DNA of 64,000 nt from positions 512,001 to 576,000 of the forward strand of contig OY969763.1 in assembly GCA_963702845.1 (NCBI GenBank). Reading direction: 5' to 3'. The DNA comes from an uncultured Verrucomicrobiae bacterium (lineage in GTDB: Bacteria > Verrucomicrobiota > Verrucomicrobiia > Limisphaerales > Palsa-1400). The position numbers and the translations under genes were made by a program. Under the pieces are notes generated by a model, which searched no databases, was not told where the DNA came from, and saw only the letters and a program-made list of their open reading frames with translations. Position 1 is the first letter of the stretch. Each line of letters begins with the position of its first letter. This document shows, piece after piece, positions 53,950 through 64,000 of the stretch.

Positions 53950-55488
53950 ATGACTCCTCATCTACTTGCAGAACTTAATCTTGGTTCCATCGGCGGCATC
54001 GTTGTCGCCGTGGTCGCAATTGTCTTTGTCATCTTCCTCTTCCTCGCCATTTTTGCGAGCCGCTACACAAAGGTCGGCCCCAACCAGGTGCTCGTCCTTT
54101 CCGGACGTAAACACAGGTTTCCTGATGCTGAGGGCAACATGCAGGTGCGCGGCTTCCGCATCGTTAAAGGCGGCGGCACGTTCGTTCTGCCCGTCTTGGA
54201 AAAAGTCGATGTCCTCTCGCTCGAACTTCTTACCATCGACGTCCAAACACCCGAAGTTTACACCGTCAAAGGCGTGCCCGTTCGTGTCGACGGCGTCGCG
54301 CAAATCAAAATCAAAGGCGACGACATCTCCATCGCAACCGCTGCCGAACAAGTCTTGAGCAAAAGCATCGACGACATTAAAAACGTCGCCACTCAAACAC
54401 TCGAAGGTCACCTCCGCGCTATTCTCGGCACAATGACCGTTGAAGACATCTACCAGAACCGCGATGCCTTTGCCTCGAAAGTCCAGGAAGTCGCCGCCGG
54501 TGACATGGCCAACATGGGCATGGGCATTGTCAGCTTCACCATTCGCGATATTCGCGACGGCCAGGGCTACCTCGACGCCCTCGGCAAACCGCGAATCGCC
54601 CAGGTCAAACGCGATGCCGTCATCGCCCAGGCCGAAGCCGACCGTGACGCGATGATTCGTTCCTCTCAGGCAACCCAGGCCGGGCAGGAAGCCAAATTCG
54701 CTGCGGACAGCAAAATCGCCGAAGCCCAGCGCGATTACTCGATGAACGTTGCCGCCTATCAGGCATCGGTGAATCAAAAGAAGGCCGAATCTGACCTCGC
54801 CTACGATTTGCAAAAATACAAGACTGGTCAGTTGGTCAAAGCCGAAGAAATCCAGGTCACCATCATTGAGAAGCAAAAACAAATCGAGTTGCAGCAACAG
54901 GAAATCCAGCGCAAACAACGCGAACTCGAAGCCAACGTCCAAAAGCCTGCTGACGCTGAACGTTATCGCGTCGAAACATTGGCCAACGCGACAAAGTTCC
55001 AACTGGAAACCGAAGCTGCCGGTGCCGCCTCGGCCGCAAAAGCCAAAGGCTTTGCCTCCGCCGACGTCGCAAAAGCCACCGGTATCGCCGAAGCCGAAGC
55101 GAACAAAGCGCGCGGTTTGGCTGAAGCCGCCGTCATTCAGGCGCAGGGCTCCGCGACTGCCGAAGCAATGAAGCTCAAAGCCGAATCCTTCAAGCAATAT
55201 AACGAAGCCGCCGTCATCGAAATGATCGTCCGCATCCTGCCTGAAGTAGCTGGCAAAATCAGCGAGCCGCTTTCCAAGACCGAGAAGATGGTCATCATCA
55301 ACAGCGGCAACGGCCCCGGCGGCGGCGCGAGCAAGTTAACTGGCGACGTCACCCAAATCATGGCGCAATTGCCACCAGTTATCGAAAGCCTCACCGGCAT
55401 CAAATTCGAGAAGCTCTTGGAACAAGTCCCAGCCTTGCGAAACGCAATGGAGAACAACAAAAAGACTCCGCCGGCGGGCGAAGCATAA
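53950..55488 (+). CDS. Flotillin family (SPFH) protein
   Basis: N-terminal TM, LEGHLRAILGTMTVE, SFTIRDIRD, AEA-rich coiled coil. Confidence 0.95.
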   Translation: MTPHLLAELNLGSIGGIVVAVVAIVFVIFLFLAIFASRYTKVGPNQVLVLSGRKHRFPDAEGNMQVRGFRIVKGGGTFVLPVLEKVDVLSLELLTIDVQTPEVYTVKGVPVRVDGVAQIKIKGDDISIATAAEQVLSKSIDDIKNVATQTLEGHLRAILGTMTVEDIYQNRDAFASKVQEVAAGDMANMGMGIVSFTIRDIRDGQGYLDALGKPRIAQVKRDAVIAQAEADRDAMIRSSQATQAGQEAKFAADSKIAEAQRDYSMNVAAYQASVNQKKAESDLAYDLQKYKTGQLVKAEEIQVTIIEKQKQIELQQQEIQRKQRELEANVQKPADAERYRVETLANATKFQLETEAAGAASAAKAKGFASADVAKATGIAEAEANKARGLAEAAVIQAQGSATAEAMKLKAESFKQYNEAAVIEMIVRILPEVAGKISEPLSKTEKMVIINSGNGPGGGASKLTGDVTQIMAQLPPVIESLTGIKFEKLLEQVPALRNAMENNKKTPPAGEA

Positions 55489-55495
55489 AACATTT

Positions 55496-55519
55496 GTAGT
55501 AGCCGACGTCAGGAGGCTC
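55496..55519. repeat. Half copy of a REP-like element
   Basis: gtagtagccgacgtcaggaggctc matches the left arm of the element at 57604. Confidence 0.6.
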
Positions 55520-55534
55520 TAGGATAAACGGGCG

Positions 55535-56120
55535 ATGTCCCCTCTAACACATCTCCTCGCCAGTTGGGTAGTTGCGGTTCAAACAACCGACAACCCGCGC
55601 GACACCAGGCTTGTCGCTTTGGCAGGTGTTGCGCCGGACTTGGATGGGTTGGGAATCCTGGTTGATTGGACGAATCAATTACTCGGTCGTCCTGAAACCG
55701 ATTACTATCATATCTATCATCATTGGTACGGTCACGGATTACTCGCGGCGTTAATAGTTTCAGCCGTTTTCGCCGGCTTCGCAAAGCAACGCTGGCGCGT
55801 ATTCGCCCTGGCTCTTGCAATGTTTCATTTGCACCTGCTGTTTGATTTAGCGGGATGGCGTGGTCCGAGCCCAAAAGACTTGTGGCCGATCTACTATTTC
55901 GGCCCTTTTCGATACCGACCTATGTGGGTGTGGCCGCACCAATGGCCACTCGACGGCTGGCAGAACCACACCATCACTTGGGTCCTGTTGATTTGGGCAA
56001 CTTGCATTGCCCTCAAAAAAGGAAAGTCGTTTTTTGGAGTATTCAGCCACCGCTTCGACGACATCTTCGTGACCGTTATCCGCAAATGGAAAACGCAAAT
56101 CGCCGCCCGCGTCGCCGGCG

Positions 56121-56128
<8 letters not shown>
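55535..56128 (+). CDS. YdjM-like membrane-bound metal-dependent hydrolase
   Basis: TH, PDLD, HH..GH, HLHLLFD motifs with TM segments. Confidence 0.85.
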
Positions 56129-57542
<1,414 letters not shown>

Positions 57543-57603
57543 TTTGACCGAGCAGATTAAAGTCAGCGCAAGGAATGAAAAGAGCAAATTGTGGATCTCC
57601 TAT

Positions 57604-57673
57604 GTTGCAGCCGACGTGAGAAGGCTCTGACTTTCGTCGGTTATAATTTGAACCTCGTGACGTCGGCTGCTAC
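57604..57673. repeat. REP-like inverted repeat
   Basis: gttgcagccgacgtgagaaggctc ... gaacctcgtgacgtcggctgctac. Confidence 0.7.
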
Positions 57674-57755
57674 GAAATGGAGATAATACGTGTAGGTATT
57701 ATTTATTTGCCAAAGCATTGGGCGCAAACGATGCTGAGCGAAGCCGAAACCGTTC

Positions 57756-58874
57756 ATGAAACTGCGCAACTCCAGCATTGTAATCGTGTGCAGTTGTGCC
57801 GTTTTTTGCGCTAATGCGGCATCGTCGGAATGGCCGATGTATCGAGGTGATCCTGCGTTGACTGGTATTTCAACTTCGACTCTCCCAACAAAGCCCGCAC
57901 TGCTTTGGTCGTTTAAAACTGGTGGTCCGGTCCGGTCCTCGCCGGTAATTGCGACGGGCAAGGTTTTCGTTGGTTCGGATGATTCCAAGGTTTACGCGCT
58001 CGACTTCACGACCGGGAGCAAGGTCTGGGAGTTCAAAGCGGATGGTCCCGTCCAGGCGCCGCCTTTATTTTACAGCAACAGAGTTTTTGTTGGTTCTACC
58101 GAAGGCGCATTTTTTGCGCTGGACGCTGCGACAGGCAAACAACTTTGGAAGTACAGCACCGAAGGGAAAATTGCCGGTTCAGCGAATTTTTTTATCAACG
58201 CCGGCAAACCAAATCTCCTGATCGGCAGTTACGATTTCAAGCTGCACTGTTTGGACGCCACGACCGGTAAATCCAATTGGACTTACGAAACCGGCAACTA
58301 CGTCAACGGCACCCCAGCCATTGCGAACGGCCAAACTATTTTCGGCGGCTGCGACGCGATTATCCACATCATCTCGCTGGCAAACGGGACCAAAGTAAAA
58401 GAAATCCCTGCCGGCGCGTACATTGCTGCGTCGGTCGCATTGGCTGATAATCGCGCTTACTTCGGCCATTACGAAAACGAGTTTCTTTGTGTCGACTTAG
58501 GGGAGGGCAAAGTCACCTGGCGTTTCCGTGATCGCGAGTTTCCATTTTTCGCGGCAGCTGCAGTGACGAAGGATCGTGTCGTTTTCGGCGGCGATGACAA
58601 GGCCGTTCACTGTGTGAACCGCGCCGATGGCAAATCACAATGGACCTTCAACACCCGCGGAAAGGTGGACAGTTCACCCGTCGTGGCTGGCGACAAAGTC
58701 GTCTTCGGCTCTTACGACGGACGGGTGTATATTGTCGGGTTGGCAGATGGTAAAGAGCATTGGTCGTATGAACTGGGGCAGCCCGTGGTGAGCTCACCGG
58801 CGGTTGCCGATGAAAAAATAGTGATAGGTTGTGACGATGGCACCGTCAATTGTTTTGGCATTAGCAAAAAATGA
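57756..58874 (+). CDS. Secreted PQQ-like (BamB-type) beta-propeller protein
   Basis: Signal peptide, WPMYRGD, eight SSP...V.VGS.D..V.AL...G...W repeats. Confidence 0.92.
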   Translation: MKLRNSSIVIVCSCAVFCANAASSEWPMYRGDPALTGISTSTLPTKPALLWSFKTGGPVRSSPVIATGKVFVGSDDSKVYALDFTTGSKVWEFKADGPVQAPPLFYSNRVFVGSTEGAFFALDAATGKQLWKYSTEGKIAGSANFFINAGKPNLLIGSYDFKLHCLDATTGKSNWTYETGNYVNGTPAIANGQTIFGGCDAIIHIISLANGTKVKEIPAGAYIAASVALADNRAYFGHYENEFLCVDLGEGKVTWRFRDREFPFFAAAAVTKDRVVFGGDDKAVHCVNRADGKSQWTFNTRGKVDSSPVVAGDKVVFGSYDGRVYIVGLADGKEHWSYELGQPVVSSPAVADEKIVIGCDDGTVNCFGISKK

Positions 58875-60208
58875 GCGCAACGACTGAACAGACCGTGCAA
58901 GCGCCACCGTTGGAAAAGAAAACAACGGCTGGCAATTATTTCGTCTCCAATTATCCGCCGTTCTCGTTTTGGAAACCTGAGTTGGTGCCGGATGTGATCC
59001 AATCACTGGACCGCCCGCCAAAACCTGCTCCTCTTGGAGTTTACCTACACATTCCGTTTTGCCGCAAACGTTGCCATTTCTGCTACTTCAAGGTTTATAC
59101 CGACAAAGACTCCGCGGCCATTCGTGGTTACATCGATGCCGCTCTCCAAGAGCTCGAAATCTATGCCGCCAAACCTGTAATCGGTGGACGCTCGGCGAGC
59201 TTCGTCTATTTCGGAGGCGGCACACCATCGTACCTTTCCGTCGATCAACTGAAACATCTCACTGATGGGATGAAGCGATTGATTCCGTGGACTGGGGTTG
59301 AAGAGGTCACATTCGAGTGCGAGCCGGGAACGTTAACCACTCACAAACTTGCCGCCATTCGCGAAATGGGCGTGACTCGTCTCAGCCTCGGCGTGGAAAA
59401 CTTCGACGATCACATTCTCGAAATTAACGGTCGTGCTCACCACAGCAAAGAAATCGCGCGCGCCTATTCATTCGCTCGCGAGCTCGGGTTCCCGCAGATC
59501 AATGTCGATTTAATCGCGGGCATGGTGGAGGAAACTGACGCCAACTGGAAAGAGTGCGTGCGCAAGGTAATCGAGATGTCGCCGGACAGTGTCACGATTT
59601 ACCAGATGGAAATTCCCTATAACACGACGATTTACCAGCAAATGAAAACGGCCGGCAAACTGGTCGCGCCGGTCGCGGATTGGGAAGTAAAACGCGCCTG
59701 GGTTGCCTATGCGTTCGGCGAATTGGAAAAAGCGGGCTACACCGTTGGCAGCGCCTACACGGCGGTGAAGGACAAATCGAAGACGAAATTCGTCTACCGA
59801 GATCGCTTGTGGGCGGGCGCAGATTTGCTCGGCCTGGGCGTGGCGTCGTTTGGCCATCTGCAAGGCACGCACTATCAAAACCAGCACGATTTCGAACCTT
59901 ATGTGAAGGCGGTGCAATCCGGCCAATTGCCGATTTTCCGTGCGCTCACCCCGACGGCCGAAGAACGTTTTATTCGCGAGTTCGTATTGCAACTGAAACT
60001 CGGCAGCGTCAGCGCAAATTATTTCAAAAACAAATTCGGCGTAGATGTGAAGCAGCGTTTTGCGGAGCCGCTACAACGATTGTCCGATTGGGGCTTTGCT
60101 TCAATGAACGGAGATATGATCCAACTCAATCGCGATGGCCTTCTGCAAGTCGATCGGCTACTCCACGAATTCTTTTTACCCGAACACAGAAATGCGAGGT
60201 ATGCATGA
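58871..60208 (+). CDS. HemN-like (class C) radical SAM enzyme
   Basis: YLHIPFCRKRCHFCYF, YFGGGTPS, RLSLGVE, NVDLIAG, HemN-type C-terminal domain. Confidence 0.9.
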   Translation: MSATTEQTVQAPPLEKKTTAGNYFVSNYPPFSFWKPELVPDVIQSLDRPPKPAPLGVYLHIPFCRKRCHFCYFKVYTDKDSAAIRGYIDAALQELEIYAAKPVIGGRSASFVYFGGGTPSYLSVDQLKHLTDGMKRLIPWTGVEEVTFECEPGTLTTHKLAAIREMGVTRLSLGVENFDDHILEINGRAHHSKEIARAYSFARELGFPQINVDLIAGMVEETDANWKECVRKVIEMSPDSVTIYQMEIPYNTTIYQQMKTAGKLVAPVADWEVKRAWVAYAFGELEKAGYTVGSAYTAVKDKSKTKFVYRDRLWAGADLLGLGVASFGHLQGTHYQNQHDFEPYVKAVQSGQLPIFRALTPTAEERFIREFVLQLKLGSVSANYFKNKFGVDVKQRFAEPLQRLSDWGFASMNGDMIQLNRDGLLQVDRLLHEFFLPEHRNARYA

Positions 60209-60789
60209 TCCGAAGTGAGCAAAATGTTGCACGTCCCGACGCGCCGTTCGGTCCGCGGGCGGTTTTCTCGGATGTTTATCCGCTGAACGAATTTTACGCC
60301 GCCCGCAACACGCCGGTGCCGACGATCAGTCACGTTCAAGCAACCGAAATCCCTGAGCCGTACAAATCGCTGCTCGTCCACAAGACGGACATGACGTCAA
60401 AGCTCGAGGCGTTTCATAACGGCAAAATCCACATTCAGCCGCTCGCCCGGCACACGACCGACAACGAATATTTCCGCGAAGTAGTTTTAGTGTTGGAACA
60501 CGCGCTTAAGCCGGTCGAATTCGGAGCCATTAAAATCGTTCTCGATTTGTTCTCGAACGAAGCGCAGCAGGAAATTCTGGAAGAGCGCAGGCCGTTGGGC
60601 CAGATCCTGACGCAGCACAAGATCGCATTTTCCAGCAAGCCGCGCGCTTACCTGCGCGTTATGACCGATAGTTTTATTCAGGCAGCTCTAAACCTCGATG
60701 CCGATGCATTCCTCTATGGCCGTCGCAATACCCTCGTCGACGCCTGGGATCGGCCGCTGGCTGAAATAGTTGAGATACTACCACCATGA
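60205..60789 (+). CDS. Chorismate pyruvate-lyase (UbiC/UTRA-fold)-like protein
   Basis: True start at the ATGA overlap at 60205 inside ORF 59680-60789; LL...DMT..LE, REVVL, PLGQIL, GRR, IVEILPP follow the UbiC/DUF98 pattern. Confidence 0.7.
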   Translation: MIRSEQNVARPDAPFGPRAVFSDVYPLNEFYAARNTPVPTISHVQATEIPEPYKSLLVHKTDMTSKLEAFHNGKIHIQPLARHTTDNEYFREVVLVLEHALKPVEFGAIKIVLDLFSNEAQQEILEERRPLGQILTQHKIAFSSKPRAYLRVMTDSFIQAALNLDADAFLYGRRNTLVDAWDRPLAEIVEILPP

Positions 60790-62039
60790 GTGAACAGTTT
60801 GATGTCATTGTCATAGGTGCCGGCCCCGCTGGCACATCTGCGTCTGCAATCCTTGCCGAAAAAGGCCGACGAGTCCTTGTGTTGGAACGCGAAAAATTTC
60901 CGCGTTACCACATCGGCGAATCGATGCTGCCATTTTCATTTCAGCCGCTGCAACGGCTTGGGCTCATCGATAAGATGAGGCAGTCGATGCACACGAAGAA
61001 ATACAGTGTGCAATTTGTATCTAAATCGGGCAAAGCCTCCCAACCATTTTATTTTTTCACCCGTTACGATCGCGACACTGTCGCTCAAACGTGGCAGGTG
61101 TACCGTGCCGAGTTCGATTTGATGCTCATGAACAACGCGCGCGAACGCGGCGCAACCATCAAAGAAGAAATGACAGTGTTGGAACTTTTGAAAGAAGGCT
61201 CGCGTGTAGTCGGCGTTCGCGCCAAAGACAAAGCCGGCGTTATACAGGAATATCGCGCACCAATCACGTTGGACTGCTCCGGCAAAGAAGCCTTCGCCGC
61301 CTCGCGAAATAACTGGCGCACACGTGATCCTTATCTGAACAAAGTCGCCGTGTGGACATATTACAAAGGTGCAAAACGTGACGAAGGGATTGAAGAGGGC
61401 GCCACGACCGTTGCCTACGTTCCGGAAAAAGGTTGGTTCTGGTACATCCCGCTACACAGCGACATCGTCAGTGTTGGCGTTGTTGCCGAAGGAAAGTATT
61501 TAACGCGCGATGGCGTACGCGATACCAAAGGAATCTTCAATCGCGAGGTCGAACAAAACGCGTGGATCAAGGAACACCTGTCTGTCGGCCAATCCACCGG
61601 CCAATATTATCTCACGAACGAATACACGCACCACGCGCGGCATTGCGGCACGGAAGGACTGCTCCTTGTTGGCGACGCGTTTTGCTTTTTGGACCCGGTA
61701 TTTTCTTCCGGTGCGATGCTTGCATTGAAAAGCGGAATCATGGCGGCAGACGCGGTCGACGAAGGGTTGCGCGCCAATGATCTATCGCCTTGTCGGTTTG
61801 AGGACTATTCCAAAACCTTGCGCGAAGGTGTCGAAAACATGCGTAAGTTGATTTACGCCTTTTACAATCCGAAGTTTAGTTTTCGTGCCGTGACCGACAA
61901 ATATCCTGATGCAGCCGGCTGGATTACCGACTGCCTGTCCGGTGACGTGAACAAAGACTTCTCGCAACTGTGGAAGTGTATTGAGGAATACGTGCCGCTG
62001 CCGGAAGCTTTGCCCGTTGGCGCGCCGTTGGTCAATTAA
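60786..62039 (+). CDS. Flavin-dependent halogenase-like FAD oxidoreductase
   Basis: GAGPAG, FPRYHIGES, conserved Lys (TKKY), GWFWYIP (WxWxIP), GDA.CFLDPVFSSG. Confidence 0.85.
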   Translation: MSEQFDVIVIGAGPAGTSASAILAEKGRRVLVLEREKFPRYHIGESMLPFSFQPLQRLGLIDKMRQSMHTKKYSVQFVSKSGKASQPFYFFTRYDRDTVAQTWQVYRAEFDLMLMNNARERGATIKEEMTVLELLKEGSRVVGVRAKDKAGVIQEYRAPITLDCSGKEAFAASRNNWRTRDPYLNKVAVWTYYKGAKRDEGIEEGATTVAYVPEKGWFWYIPLHSDIVSVGVVAEGKYLTRDGVRDTKGIFNREVEQNAWIKEHLSVGQSTGQYYLTNEYTHHARHCGTEGLLLVGDAFCFLDPVFSSGAMLALKSGIMAADAVDEGLRANDLSPCRFEDYSKTLREGVENMRKLIYAFYNPKFSFRAVTDKYPDAAGWITDCLSGDVNKDFSQLWKCIEEYVPLPEALPVGAPLVN

Positions 62040-62089
62040 CGCAAACACCAGACTTGGCTCGGGTGCGACGCGCTTCTACAATCGAAGCG

Positions 62090-64000
62090 GTGAATTCGCG
62101 CGTCTTCAAAATTTCTATTTTGCGGGTTCACCTTGCCCTCGCGCTTCTTCTTTTCGCGCCGGTCGCCCTTTTGGCTCAACGCAGTTCTAATTGGCGCATC
62201 TACCGTGCTTCGGACGGTATGCAGGAATCGATTTGCGTTGGTCTCAGCGTGAGTGCCCGTGGCGGTCTTTGGGTCCATCATCCAGACCGCACCCGCGTGA
62301 GTTGGCTGGACGGTTATGAAGTTCGCAAAGTTTCTTTTCCGGGTCTCGCGGCGTCGCACGTCTACGAGGGCCGCGTCGGGCAAATTTGGGCGTCGTATGC
62401 CGGTGGCGTGCAGGAATTCAAAGACGGCAGTTGGGTGCGCTATCCGATTGAAGCGCTCGCTGGAAAAGGCGAAAGCGTTCTGCTGCCATTGCGGCAAGGA
62501 CAAGTCGTGGCTCTCTCGCCAGAGCGGCTTATTTCGTTTACCAGCGAACCGGCTCCCGAAGCCACGACGATTCGGCAATCGAGTGCGACCACGCTAGGCC
62601 ATTTCACCGACATCATTCGCAGTCGCGATGGCGGCGCGTGGATCGCGGGCGAAAACGGCATCGGCAAATTCGCCTCTGTTCGCCCCCTTGATGCAACCAC
62701 GCCGCTCAGCGAACACGTCCCGGAAGCTGCCTTGGACCTCACCAGATTTACTGCGCTCGTGGAAGACGAAGACGGCAACATCACCGCAGTCGCTCAAACC
62801 GGCGATGGAAAAAAAGCCGTGGTTTATTGGGATCAACGTCAATGGACGAAGTTGCCGGTGCCCACGGCGGATGTCGTCCAGGCCTGGCACTCGGGTGATG
62901 GCACTTTCTGGGAGTTGGCTCCCAATGCCTTGGTGCACCTGCGCAAAGTCGGTTCGCATTGGCAGGCCGAGGATGAAGTCGTTGCTGCTCATTACTATGA
63001 GGCTGCGTGTGATATTAATGGCGCGTTTTGGGTAGCGACGTCCGAAGGCCTCTATCGCTACGCACCAATGCTTTGGCAAACGGCCGCGAACCTTGAAAAC
63101 TCCGTTTCGTTGAACATCGCGTCCGGCAATGACCAACGGCTTTGGTGCCTCAGTTCTGCAACGTTGTTCGGGTTCAATGGCGCGACGTGGTCGTCCGTTC
63201 AATTGCCAGACGAATTGAAAAACTCGAGCGCTCCTGCAGAAGTCACACAGGAACTCTCCAGTTCGAAAGTTTTAGTCGGGGCCGTTGATCGGCTTTTTAT
63301 TTTTGATTCCGCCACGAGCCGCTTTTCACCGTTGATTCACCCGGCCCATCTCCGGCTGAAACTTGTCGGCACGACGAAGGAAGGGACAGCATGCCTTCAG
63401 GCTTTGTCCAGCAACAACGAGGTTCACCTGGAGACGTTCGATGGCCAGCAATTCAAGCCCTTGTTGACGATTTCGACGAATGTCGTTGGCGACGACATAC
63501 GTTTTATGTTCACTGCGCAGAACGGAAACGTGTGGGTTTCTGGCGATAAAGAATTGGCTTATCTGGAGGACGGTAAATGGCAAAAGACCGAAATCGGCAG
63601 CGCGGCGTCAGGACCGGTGATCGCGATGCTCGAAGTCGGCCCGAACAAATTATGGGCAGCATTGCGCGATCGCATCACGCAATTTAACGGCAAGGAGTGG
63701 ACGGTCGTTCGTTCGGGTTTTGACCGCGTCAACGGAATGATCAAAGGCCGCGACGGCAGCGTCTGGGTGGCGAGTAACAATGGGGTGCATCGCTTTTACA
63801 AGGGAGATTGGGTCGCAAACGGCTTCGAGGAAGGCTTGAGCAGTCTCGCCGTGCAGCAGGTCGTGGAAGATTCGTTGGGACATGTGTGGGCGGCGACCGC
63901 TCGAGGTCTAAACACGTTCCACCCCGAAGCTGACACTGATCCTCCAGAAGCCATGATTCAACCGGTCGCCGCCGAATCGATTTCTACCGAAGGCAATCTC
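62090..64000 (+). CDS. Two-component regulator propeller-domain protein (probable sensor kinase), partial
   Basis: Frame from GTG 62090 appears open to the window end (absent from the ORF track, presumably because it has no stop): signal peptide, WRIYRASDG, repeated D..G.LWVAT..GL blades. Confidence 0.8.
   Translation, partial: MNSRVFKISILRVHLALALLLFAPVALLAQRSSNWRIYRASDGMQESICVGLSVSARGGLWVHHPDRTRVSWLDGYEVRKVSFPGLAASHVYEGRVGQIWASYAGGVQEFKDGSWVRYPIEALAGKGESVLLPLRQGQVVALSPERLISFTSEPAPEATTIRQSSATTLGHFTDIIRSRDGGAWIAGENGIGKFASVRPLDATTPLSEHVPEAALDLTRFTALVEDEDGNITAVAQTGDGKKAVVYWDQRQWTKLPVPTADVVQAWHSGDGTFWELAPNALVHLRKVGSHWQAEDEVVAAHYYEAACDINGAFWVATSEGLYRYAPMLWQTAANLENSVSLNIASGNDQRLWCLSSATLFGFNGATWSSVQLPDELKNSSAPAEVTQELSSSKVLVGAVDRLFIFDSATSRFSPLIHPAHLRLKLVGTTKEGTACLQALSSNNEVHLETFDGQQFKPLLTISTNVVGDDIRFMFTAQNGNVWVSGDKELAYLEDGKWQKTEIGSAASGPVIAMLEVGPNKLWAALRDRITQFNGKEWTVVRSGFDRVNGMIKGRDGSVWVASNNGVHRFYKGDWVANGFEEGLSSLAVQQVVEDSLGHVWAATARGLNTFHPEADTDPPEAMIQPVAAESISTEGNL

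Noticed and set aside
58871..60208. Calling this gene hemN or hemW
   Set aside because: Family motifs are shared by many class C radical SAM enzymes, and the context has no heme genes; no symbol assigned.

Overview
This is a chromosomal window from a GC-moderate bacterium whose gene content points to Verrucomicrobia, probably a Pedosphaera-like lineage (inference from PVC-type heme-binding CxxCH proteins, Tat-exported Gfo/Idh/MocA and NHL proteins, and secreted proteins ending in a STNL...FYR domain). Housekeeping genes (leuB, rpsT, two Dus enzymes, aceE-aceF-lpdA, cysS) are mixed with sensor kinases, carbohydrate-related enzymes and surface proteins. Many genes, including aceE, aceF and lpdA, carry single-base frameshifts, mostly at 35-51 kb; these look like long-read errors rather than pseudogenes. 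I found no rRNA, tRNA or CRISPR array. The most interesting signals are: (1) a ~125-bp non-coding element present twice (34829-34954, 39260-39379), with a sigma70-like promoter, a palindromic spacer and a conserved hairpin, bracketing a BspA-type LRR gene, a 177-bp IS3-derived miniature element and a small lipoprotein; (2) blocks of ~10-bp-period repeats directly downstream of strong promoters at two loci, plus a 21-bp array in front of a truncated gene; (3) a translationally coupled four-gene operon (beta-propeller, HemN-like radical SAM, chorismate-lyase-like protein, flavin-dependent halogenase-like protein) that looks like an uncharacterised small-molecule pathway.
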